Part shown: piece after piece, positions 53,681 through 64,000 of the stretch
Layout: each line of letters starts with the position of its first letter
Position numbering within the stretch: position 1 is the stretch's first letter
NCBI RefSeq assembly: GCF_006345805.1
Contig: NC_043011.1
Location: 67,592,464-67,656,463 of the forward strand
Origin: Octopus sinensis
Lineage: Eukaryota
Reading direction: 5' to 3'
DNA: 64,000 bases
Position numbers and translations under genes: made by a program
Notes under the pieces: model-generated
Databases searched by the model: none
Told to the model about the DNA's origin: nothing
What the model saw: only the letters and a program-made list of their open reading frames with translations

Positions 53681-54096
53681 AGTTTTCTTTCAAAACAGAA
53701 AAGAGATCAAGTCTTTTTGCTTCTTACATTTGGTTGGAGATAAATTAAAGGCTTGCCACCACGTGCTTATTCGGCGAAGAATCTAGCTTGTGTAACTAAA
53801 TTTAATGTATTATATTTGGCTTCAAGCGAAATATATTACGTTCTTAATTAATATAATTTTAATTAATGCATTTTAGCAGATCGTTATGAGTTAACAGGTT
53901 CTACGTTTTGTTAGTTTTAGTAGATTATTTCGTCGTTTTACGCAAATCTTTTTGTTTTTTCACAGAGCAAAAGCAAACACGTCTTTCTTCTACGAAAACC
54001 GGAAGTCATATATGTATATATATATATATATGTATATATATGTGTATAGATATATGTATATATATATATATGTATATATATGTGTATATATATATG

Positions 54097-54127
<31 letters not shown>

Positions 54128-54128
<1 letters not shown>

Positions 54129-54697
54129 ACGTAAAGTGTACTAGCCATCTGAATGTGGCTAGCCACTGGGGGTGGGTGTTACTGACGCTTTTAGCCCCAG
54201 GAGATCGACGTCTCCAGCTAGCCTTAGACACAATTTCTGTGCCCTTATGATATTTGCAAAGGGAGGTCATCCTCCCTCGAAAACCTAAGTGATACATACG
54301 GACTATAGTTTCAAGGTTTTTGCCTCTCGTCAACGTATGGTAAACACCGGTTTTCGATGAAGGAGACTTTTGCAAGTCACTATTTAATGTTTTTCCCAGC
54401 AACCAGAGTCACTGATTTAGAAAAACTGTCTGAAAGCATTAATAAATCTCCGAACGTATCTAAGGCCAGCTGGAGACGTCGATCTCCTGGGGCTAAAGCG
54501 TCAGTAACACCCACCCCCAGTGGCTAGCCACATTCAGATGGCTAGTACACTTTACGTTGTCGAGCGGTTACTGTTTACATCTCGTTCGGAGATTTATTAA
54601 TGCTTTCAGACAGTTTTTCTAAATCAGTGACTGTGGTTGCTGGGAAAAACATTAAATAGTGATTTGCAAAGGCCTCCTCCATCGAAAACCGGTGTTT
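54128..54697. mobile_element. Left part of a hammerhead-containing non-coding repeat: inverted copy 54128-54455 and forward copy 54456-54697
   Basis: 54128-54455 is the reverse complement of the reconstructed forward unit; 54456-54606 is repeated at 60155-60306. Confidence 0.85.
54295..54339 (-). ncRNA. Minimal type-I hammerhead ribozyme (uninterrupted copy of the unit)
   Basis: Reverse complement of 60047-60091. Confidence 0.78.
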
Positions 54698-54933
54698 TGA
54701 CTCGTCTAGGGACCCCTCTTTCATCTGCGTATTGAGAAGTTAGCTGCCTATTTTGTTGAGTGAGTTCATTTTTTGTTCGTCGTTGTTTGTGTTTGCTCGT
54801 GAATTGAACAGTTGTCCGTTGTGTGACAGTAATGTTCGCCCTACGGGGCTGAAAATTCTGTGTAAAAACATTGTTATTACCTTCGGGTAATTTTTTTTTT
54901 TTTTTTGATAAATTGGTTCTCATAATTTGAGAA

Positions 54934-55836
54934 ATGGAATTCGACTTGGCGTCGAGGAGCGACTTTCCCGTGATGGGAAAAGGCGAACAGAAGGATATCG
55001 AGGTTAAAAAACAGTCATTTTCGGCCGCAGTGGGCGGAAACATAACGGAAGTAGAATTTAAAATTGAACAGTTATTCGAATACCGGAACTTAGTAAAAAA
55101 AGAAGGCAATGAAATTAAACTGGTACCGCCGCAAGCGAAATTACAGGAAATAAAGGCTAAGATAGTCGTATACAAGGTTTACAGTAACAAAGAGAAAAAA
55201 ATAATGGACGTGAAGAACGAAATAGTAGAGAAGTGCTTGTGCCCGGTGTGGAGCAAAATTCGCCACGTCGGTCGAGGTGCCCGCAGCGCTACCGTTGAAG
55301 CACATTTCGACTCGGCTGATGTGGCAAGAGAGATTTCATCGATGACCTTAAAAAGTGAGGACATCATGTTACTACCTACATATATGGGAAAAAGAACTGC
55401 GAAACTATATGTGGAAGACATTCCAAGAGGATATGATATAATGTGGGTAGCAGCGGCGGTTCTGCACGACGTAGAGCAGCAGAAAGTCTCAATTCTGCAG
55501 ATGAAAAGGAAAGAGGAGGTACACTGGAAGGGACAAGCGCTCGAACTCCTCGTTCAAGCAGAAAATAATGTGCTAGAAAACTTACCCGATAGGGTATTTA
55601 TTGAGGAGGGAATTACAATGAGAGTGTCAGTGGAGGGGCGCAGACCTAAGTGTTTCAAATGTGGTGAAAAGGGTCACGTCCGCTCGAACTGCATAAAAAA
55701 AAGAAACACAGCGAAGCCCCTCCTCAAAGTGCTTCAAACACAGAAAAAGAAAAGGCGGAAAAAGACCCCAAGACTGCGACAAGGAAGGGAATCGAAACGG
55801 AAGATAAAAATGAACAAATGGAATTTACACAGGTGA
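54934..55836 (+). pseudogene. Tx1-type ORF1 (CCHC knuckle), frameshifted at an A-run near 55700 and continuing in the 55818 frame
   Basis: CX2CX4HX4C motif; homologous ORF1 pieces occur in three other copies in the window. Confidence 0.8.
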
Positions 55837-56455
55837 CACACAAAAGAAAAAAAGAAAATACCCTGGACTCCCCTCCCCAAACAAAGAAAAAATCAGCAAA
55901 CACCGCAGAGATACATACAAAACAAATTCCCCAGCCCCACCCCCACGGCACTGTATTCATTGGAACACAGTTCGCCAAGCCCCTCCCCATAAAACAAGAT
56001 TGGAAAAAATTGATTAAAAACAACGAAAAGGTTGTCGCATTCGACGAGAGAAACGATAGAGTGTTCAAGTATTTAAAATTTTCAAAACTAAAATTATTCA
56101 GTAAGTCTGCAGACACTAAGTCGACCACTCGTTTTGCAAATCTAAAGGAAGACGAGTGGAAGGAAAAAACACTTCAAGAACATTTAAAAAATAACCTTAT
56201 CAGAGACGTTACTAACGAAATACTGGAGGGTAAACTTACTATAACCCCGGCAACCACACCTACCCAGAGCCCGATGGCAACGCCGGTTAAGAGCCCTGCA
56301 GCTACGACCACAAGGGAGGAAGAAGGGGAAGCATACAGATTTAAACTGTCATGCTCCCTGTCCCAACCGTTAAGAGCCCTGCAGCTACGACCACAAGGGA
56401 GGAAGAAGGGGAAGCATGCAGATTTAAACTGTCATGCTCCCTGTCCCAACCAACA

Positions 56456-59400
56456 ATGGCAAAGCTGGGTTGTGTGAATGTACGTGGAATGGGGTCGAAA
56501 TGGAAACAAATTTGTCTCCTGAACGACCTCACGACACACGGAGTGGACGTAGCTATTGCAACCGAGTCCAAGATGAACGGGGCCCAAGCGTTCTCGCCTC
56601 TTCTAAATGGTTTCGAGAAATTTATTTCTCCTAGCCGAGGAAGAGGAAGGGGCGTGGCAGTCCTTATCAAGACGAGCTTGGACTTGCAGGTAAGTACTGT
56701 GTTTCTGGACCCAGAAGGCAGGCTGGTCGTTCTGGATGTGACCCACGTAAGTAAACAGTCCTTCAGGTTGGTAGCTGTCTACGCTCCGAATGAGAGTAGG
56801 CAGTCGGCTTTTTTTCGGAATCTGGAGCACTTTTTAGTGACGTCGAAAACGGTAGTCTTAGTAGGGGACTTTAACACTGTCCTCGAAGCGCGGGTCGACA
56901 GTGTTGGCTCAACCAATAGGAAGGGGAACCCTAGCCTCAAGGGTCTACTAGAGAGCTTTAATCTAGTAGACCGTTATCGACTGGATGAGCCGAGCCTTCC
57001 ACAGTGGACGTGGAGTAACAACGACGGCTCACGCAGATCGTATATAAATAGGATATTCGTTAGGAAAAGAGATAAGGATACGTTTAGTTGTCCACAGTTT
57101 CACATTGTGCCTTACACGGATCACAAATTTGTGACTTGTAGGGTGCAATTAGATAAGTGTCATAGACAGGGACCCGGGTACTGGAAGCTGAACAAGTCTA
57201 TTTTGAATTGTGAAGACTTCCGTACCCGGATTAAGGTGTTAGTAGAGAGGGCATTATGTGGCACCATCATTAACAATAGATGGTGGCACTCCCTCAAAAG
57301 AGCCATTCGTTCAGAGTCCATTAGATTTAGCAATCAGCTAAGGTTAGATAGTTCTAGGATAGAGGACGATTTAGTTAATCTGGCTCTGCATCCGGAATGA
57401 TGGCGGCAAGGACGGTATTGTACCATCACCTTAACTCCAAACACGAAGGTTGCAGAGTTAGAGCTAAGCTACGCGCAGGGAAACGAGAAGGTGTTAACGT
57501 TGCCGGATGGGCCCGTCGAGTGGAGAGTCGGAGAGGCAACAAAGCTTCAATCAAGTCTTTAACTGACGAACAGGGACACAAGATCTATGGACAGGAGGAG
57601 ATGCAAAAGTTTCTTCACCAGCATTTCGCCCGCGCGTTCGGGGGTGGTGGTCCGCTGGAGCGGGGGAGGGCCTTAAAGGACTTCCTAGCCGGCGGACCGC
57701 GGCTCTCGGGGCGTGAGGTGGAGTGCTGTGAAGAAGCGATCAGTCTCGCGGAGATAGAGGGGGTACTGGCCGGATGCGCTGGGGAGAAGTCGCCGAGGCT
57801 AGATGGTCTGCCCTACGAGTTTTATCAAAGTATGCTGGACTTGTTCGGGGAAATACTGGCAGGCGTCTACGCGAACTTGCAGCAGAACGGGAGAATTCCC
57901 AGTTCTGTGAGCCGGGGAGTGGTGACGCTAATCCAGAAAGACCCGAGCAAGGGGGATAACATTAGTAATTACAGGCCCATAACTCTACTTAATGTAGAGT
58001 TAAAGATTTTGGCCAAGGTGTTGGCAAAAAGGTTGACGACTGTCGTGGAGAAACTTGTAGGGAAAGCACAGACATGTGCAATTCCAGGCAGGTCGATCCA
58101 GGACAATCTTCACCTTATACGCTACACCTTAGATAGGGTGGGTAAATTAACCGGCAAGGGCGGGGTAATGGTCCATTTAGACCAAAGTAAAGCGTTCGAT
58201 AGGGTAGACCATAAGTACCTGGCGACGGTCCTCGAAGCGGCTGGACTGGGCCCTGAATTTCGCGGGTGGATCTCCGCATTGTATAGCGGCATCAAGTCCA
58301 CCGTCCAGATAAACGGTTACCTAACGGAACCGTTTTCGATCGAATGTTCAGTTCGTCAAGGGTGCCCCTTGTCACCACTTTTGTACGTGTTGGCTCTCGA
58401 GCCATTGCTGCGAAAGTTGGAGAGGCTGGGAAGTAACCCGGATGAGATCGGAGGCAGGAGGACGGTTTCTGCTTATGCGGATGACGTCACCCTCATCGTG
58501 TCCAATGAGGCGGTGGCAAGAGCAAAGGTTAACAAGGACAAGTCGATTGGCTTACACCTCGGCACCTGGAGGAGCAAGTCGATATCGTCCAGTGCCTTGG
58601 GACACTTGACAGATGGTCCTGTTAAGTTGCTAAGAGTTTGGTTTGGGCCAGACTCCCAAACGGAGAGGAATTGGAGTGAGGTGACGGGCAAGGTGGAGGC
58701 CATAGTACGGACCTGGTCCGGAAGGTTTCTGTCCTTGAAAGGAAGGGCGGAGGTGGTACAGATGTTTATTGCATCTGTAATCACTTACCGCCTGACCGTT
58801 GTCCCTTGCCCCGATTCATGGCTGAGCAAGTTGGAGCGAATCCTTTTCTGCTTTTTGTGGAAGGGAGGAAAGCCACTTGTGAGGCGCTCCGTTTGCTCCC
58901 AGGAACCGTTAAAGGGTGGGTTAGGAATGCCTTGGTTGATGATGCGCAGGCATGCGTTGAGGCTGAAGTATCTCTGGAACCACCTGGAGGGTGATAAGGT
59001 GTGGAGTCCGCTGGCAGGGGAATTTTTCCCGAGACCGGCTTCCTTAGTGAATTTTAAACCCGGTTACATCAAAAGACGGAATCTGACTTTATGGCAAAAG
59101 GAGTGTCGGCAGGCACTCACGCTGATCCACAAGGCGGGCAAGGCCGGCTGCGGAAATACCACCTCGGTATTTTATTGCAGGCTGGTAGAGGCAAAGAACG
59201 ACGACGTCCTAGGAGGGGCTCTGGGGTTCGACGAGGACCAGCTTACCAACCTGTTTAAAAAGACTTTCAGGACAGGGTATTTGGATAATTTCCAAAGATC
59301 CCTGGCCTGGCAGTGTTATAGGAATGCTTTACCTGTTCGTGAGAAGTTATCGCGGCACGGAATTTCACCGACATGTCCAAGATGTGGGTTGGACGATGAA

Positions 59401-59775
59401 ACCGTCCAGCACACTTTTGTACACTGTCGGCAGTTGTCAGGCTTGATAAGTTACGCAGAACACGTGTTATCGCATCTGGGACGAGTACAGCTGTCGGCTG
59501 AGTCTATGATTAAGATGATACCGCCAACTGGACTCTCGAAGGAAGGTGAGGCATGTTTTCACTGCACGGTTGCAGTAGTAAAAGAATGCATGTGGCATAC
59601 AAGAATGGAAGGAGTCGCAATAGGATCTTTTGTCTCAGGCCCCGGCTTGCTCACTTACTTCAGATATCATCTGAAGAGCAAAATGGGGCTGGAAAAGAAG
59701 ACCTTACCACGAGGTGTGTATGAAAAAAGATGGAAGGAAGTGGCGAAAAAGGTGGGTGTCAGAAACCCAGTTTAA
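56456..59775 (+). pseudogene. Tx1-type ORF2 (APE endonuclease, RT, zinc finger), broken at ~57400
   Basis: GCVNVRG, VYAPN, GDFN, TDH; YRPITLLN, DQSKAFD, VRQGCPLSP, YADD. Confidence 0.9.
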
Positions 59776-60027
59776 CTATGGATGGAGAAGAGGAGAGGAA
59801 AGCTGCGGGTCCTTATAGGTTGCCGGGGTTTCAAATATATCGGTAAGATTTCAATCTAATGTAACGTTATATTAGTCAATGCAAACGACAATTTAAATAC
59901 AGTTTTTTGTATAATGAATAATCCATATATTTTGGAAATTTTTAAACGAACCACTTAACTGTTTTTTTGTATGTATGTCCTGTATTGTTCTTCTATGTAC
60001 TGATTTTATAATCATAATAAAGAAATA

Positions 60028-60302
60028 ATCGAAAACCGGTGTTTACCATACGTTGACGAGAGGCAAAAACCTTGAAACTATAGTCCGTATGTATCACTTA
60101 GGTTTTCGAGGGAGGATGACCTCTCTTTGCAAATATCATAAGGGCACAGAAATTGTGTCTAAGGCCAGCTGGAGACGTCGATCTCCTGGGGCTAAAAGCG
60201 TCAGTAACACCCACCCCCAGTGGCTAGCCACATTCAGATGGCTAGTACACTTTACGTTGTCGAGCGGTTACTGTTTACATCTCGTTCGGAGATTTATTAA
60301 TG

Positions 60303-60306
<4 letters not shown>
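60028..60306 (+). mobile_element. Right part of the hammerhead-containing repeat, ending in (TA)n
   Basis: Continues 54697 across the TSD, then repeats 54456-54606. Confidence 0.85.
60047..60091 (+). ncRNA. Minimal type-I hammerhead ribozyme
   Basis: CATACG-TTGACGA-GAGG-CAAAAA-CCTT-GAAA-CTATAG-TC-CGTATG: stem I CATACG/CGTATG, palindromic stem III, predicted cleavage after GTC at 60085. Confidence 0.78.
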
Positions 60307-60350
<44 letters not shown>

Positions 60351-60364
60351 TTTTTAATTTTTTT

Positions 60365-62478
60365 TATTTAGTTTCAGCTCAGAAGCTGTGGCCATGCTGG
60401 GGCACCGCCATTTGGTGTTGCTACATGATTTTACTTCACGAATGCTTTTTAGCAAATGCCATTTGGTGCATAAAAGAGTTCGATGCAGCTGCCCTCATCT
60501 GCACCTCCTGCCGTGAAGTTGGTTCATCTGGTAAACCTGACAGGAAGAGATCCAGTTTCATTTTAAAGACATCTGCGTCCACCCCATGCAGGTCTCTTAG
60601 GTTCTTCGGGAGGATATTGAAGAGCTGTGGGCCTCGGAAGCCTAGGCTATCACAGTATCTTGTCCTAAATCTTGATGGCAAATTTGGAGCCTTTGGCACT
60701 ATGCAGTGGCGCCCAGTTCTGGCATTTGTGTAACTCTCGATGCCAAAGTTTGGGACAAGTCCTTCTAGGATCTTCCAGATGTATATTATGGCATATCTTT
60801 CTCGCCTACGCTCTAAGGAATAGAGTCTCAATCTCTTGAGTCTTTCCCAATAGTTTATATGCTGCACAGAGGCTATCTTCTTCGTGTAGCTTCGTTGGAT
60901 CGCCTCAAGTTCTGTGATTAACTTGACACTGGATGGTGACCATAGCTGAGAGCAATAGTCAAAGTGGCTTAGGACAAGTGTCCTAGCAGAGGACCATCAT
61001 GGTTTCCTGGTCTCTTGTTCTACAGGTTCTAAGAATCCATCCGGTCAGCCGCCTACATTTCATTGCCAATTTAGCAACATGCACAAGAAAGGTTGCATTA
61101 TCACTCATGTAAATACCCAGGTCTCGCACTGATCGTGCCTCTGGGATTGCAATCCCTCCAGTTCAGTGTATTTATTGGGTATTGCATTTTGTTGTGCATG
61201 CTAATAGTATAAAGCTTGAAACTTTCCAGCATTGAACTGCATGCTATTCTTTTCAGCCCACTTGTATATTTCGTCCAGCTCACATTGCAGGTGCTTAGTG
61301 TCCTCAGGGTTCTGTGTTGCCTGTGAAACTTTTGTATCATCTGCATAACTTGTGATCGTGGCTCTCTGCGTGGCTGAGGGCATGTCAGTGAAGGCCATTA
61401 TGAACAGTAGTGGTCCCAGAACAGTGCCTTGTGGGACACCGCTCACTATTTGCGTGTTAATGGAAGTGGCCCCATTGGCTACTACCACCTGACTTCTATC
61501 ATTCAGAAAGTCATGAAGGCATTCTCCCAATTTTCCTACTATGCCAAGATCACGCAGTTTGTGACATATCATTCCATGATCGACTTTATCAAAGGCTTTT
61601 GCAAAGTCGAGATATATCACTTCCACATTTGAGTGGTTGAGCAGTCGCTTCAGCACCCAGTCATAGTGTTGTAGGAGCTGAGTTAAGCAGCTTCTTCCCG
61701 GTCGGAAACCATGTTGGGTGTCAGGCCGCAAGTCATTTTCTTCAAGGAAGGTGATTAGTTTCCTTCTGACTATTCGTTCCATGACCTTACTGATGTGTGA
61801 GGTCAAAGAAATAAGTCTGTAGTTCTTGGCCTCCGCTCTGCTACCTCCTTTATGAATAAGGCATATTTTACCTTCCTTCAGTTTTCTTGGAAGTTTGCCA
61901 GTTGCAAGGAAGATCTCAAAGAGGAACTGCAGTGGTCTTGCTAGGACTCTCTTACATACTTTTAGAAGGATTGATGGGAATCCATCGGGGCCAGTAGCTG
62001 AGTCTGTTTTCATTTCATCTATAGCCTTTATTACATCGTCTTCCTTTATATCGATGTAATTTATCGTCGCCGCCTCTGAGTTTATATCTGCAGTGGTAAA
62101 GAAGTCAGTTGGATTGGTGATTTGGAGATGCCCAAGGGGTGGAGTGAAAACACTCCTGAATTGCTCATTCAGTATTTCACTTACTCTCATTGGTTTTCCT
62201 GTGAGTGTACCATCCTCTTCAAGGAGTGGCCCTATCCTACAGTGCACCGTAGCTGTTTCTTTGGCATGCATGTAGAAAGCTCTGGAGTTAGATTTTATGT
62301 TGTATGTAGCCCAGGCTTCTCTGTCTGCTCTTTCTTTTTCATGGGAGAGTTGCAGACATTTTTCAATTTCCAGCAGTTTTATTTTCAGGCGGGACTTTTC
62401 ACTGCTTTCAATTTATTTGTTTAGGCGATTTGAAACTTTTGTACGCCGTCTCATTAGAATTTTCCTCTCTGGGGATTT
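60365..62478 (-). mobile_element. CR1-group LINE, 5'-truncated, close relative of 49110-52855
   Basis: RT ORF 61201-62271 and 3' ORF 60436-60867. Confidence 0.92.
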
Positions 62479-62542
62479 TGCTCTTAAATATATATATATT
62501 TTTACTATACATATATATATATATATACATATATATGTATAT

Positions 62543-62586
<44 letters not shown>

Positions 62587-62868
62587 TATAGATATATGTA
62601 TATATATGTATAAATATATATATATGTATATATATATATGTGTATAGATATATGTATATATATATCTGTATATATTTATGTATATATATATGCGTATTTA
62701 TATATGTGTATATACATGTATGTATATATATATATATATGTATATATGTATATGTATATATGCATATGTATATATGTATGTATATATGTAAATTTATATA
62801 TATATATGTATATATATATGTATATATATGTAAATATACATGTATATATATGTATACATATATATATG

Positions 62869-62899
<31 letters not shown>

Positions 62900-62900
62900 G

Positions 62901-62937
<37 letters not shown>

Positions 62938-63087
62938 ATAAATATGTATATATGTGTATATATATATAGTTGGAATTTACAAAAGTTGAAGATGGGTGTG
63001 TAAACAAAGGGCTGTATCAGTTTAATGCTCGGGAAGGTGAGAATGCCTTTTACATTTTGAACTGATGCGCTCCAACAGAAAGGATAT

Positions 63088-63193
<106 letters not shown>

Positions 63194-64000
63194 TGTTTAT
63201 GTATGTATGGATGGATGAATGTATGTGTACACATACATACAGATACAGAATGATATTCTTGAACATATCTATTCCAGGTTACTTGACCCAGCCTATATTG
63301 TCAGTGATACCGAAGTGCTGCTACGGGAATATTTAAAGATACGTAATGCTCAACCAAGCGACGATGAATGGGAAGTTGACAGCCCAATTGTAAAATCTGG
63401 TTAGTTACGCTTCTTCTTGTTTCTACTGAGTCGGTACAAAGGCAATATCCTAAAGGACACAATACAGAGTTTTTGGGTTTTTTTTATAATTAGCTTTTTT
63501 TTATTTCCGGTTTTCCCTGTTATAATTGAAAACAGCACAGCGAGGGGACTGTGAAGTCTTGTATAAAACAAATGGGGAAGTGTCACCTTTTATTTGGAAA
63601 AGAAAGGAAAAGAGAGAGCAAAAAATGCATAAATAATAATAATAATGGTAAATAAATAATAATTACATATGTTATGTGTCGTTTCGTTCTGATGGGAAAT
63701 GGACAACTCAATTGAAGGCATATATCGTTTTAAGTCTTTATTTGCTTTGCATGTTACACCAACTGTCTGACATTCAGCGCAGTGATACTTATATACCTTA
63801 GACATAGCGTAGTAGTACTTATAAATTAGTGCCAAAAGCGGGGACGTATTCCAGACACGCACGCCCACGCATGCACATAGATATGAATGTGTAACATCTC
63901 TTCTTCTTGAAAAAATAAAGGGGTCTTTTGGCAGTGAAGACAAATATAGTAGTCTTCCTTACTCTAATGGATTGTCAGCGCGAGGTGGCAATCCTGCGGC

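Larger units (their letters stand above)
54698..60027 (+). mobile_element. Full-length Tx1/L1-type LINE with 17-bp TSD ATCGAAAACCGGTGTTT (54681-54697 and 60028-60044)
   Basis: ORF1 with CFKCGEKGHVRSNC knuckle, APE, RT, C-terminal CPRC..ETVQHTFVHC; AATAAA at 60016. Confidence 0.95.

Noticed and set aside
53725-54008. Possible minus-strand first exon with an ETS-like CCGGAAGT motif
   Set aside because: A single short motif and one donor-like site are insufficient.
53938-54402. 154-aa ORF and its mirror at 60053-60733
   Set aside because: Chance frames through the non-coding hammerhead unit, running into microsatellite and antisense LINE sequence.

Overview
AT-rich, repeat-dense animal genomic DNA. 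The SINE/LINE repertoire and very long (TA)n/(TAA)n tracts suggest a cephalopod (octopus-like); this is an inference. No intact host gene was seen. The window is a nested mosaic of transposons: three R4/Dong-type RLE retrotransposons and two copies of a non-coding element in (TAA)n tracts (3.8-15.4 kb); five Tx1/L1-type LINE copies or fragments; six CR1-group LINE pieces, mostly in (TA)n (41-62.5 kb); an RTE 3' end; Penelope-like RT and GIY-YIG fragments; a Tc1 element; a hAT relic; Helitron-like elements; and tRNA-derived SINEs. The most striking structure is at 54128-60306: a ~352-bp non-coding, circularly permuted (tandem plus inverted) retrozyme-like unit with a minimal type-I hammerhead ribozyme on a long rod-like stem. 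A full-length Tx1-type LINE has inserted into it with a 17-bp TSD ending 2 nt before the ribozyme. Four more decayed hammerheads and one half-hammerhead occur elsewhere. Also notable are a conserved candidate -1 frameshift site and a CCCH zinc finger in the CR1-group ORF1, and an old inverted duplication of exon-like host sequence (1.7-3.3 kb vs 26.6-32.7 kb).
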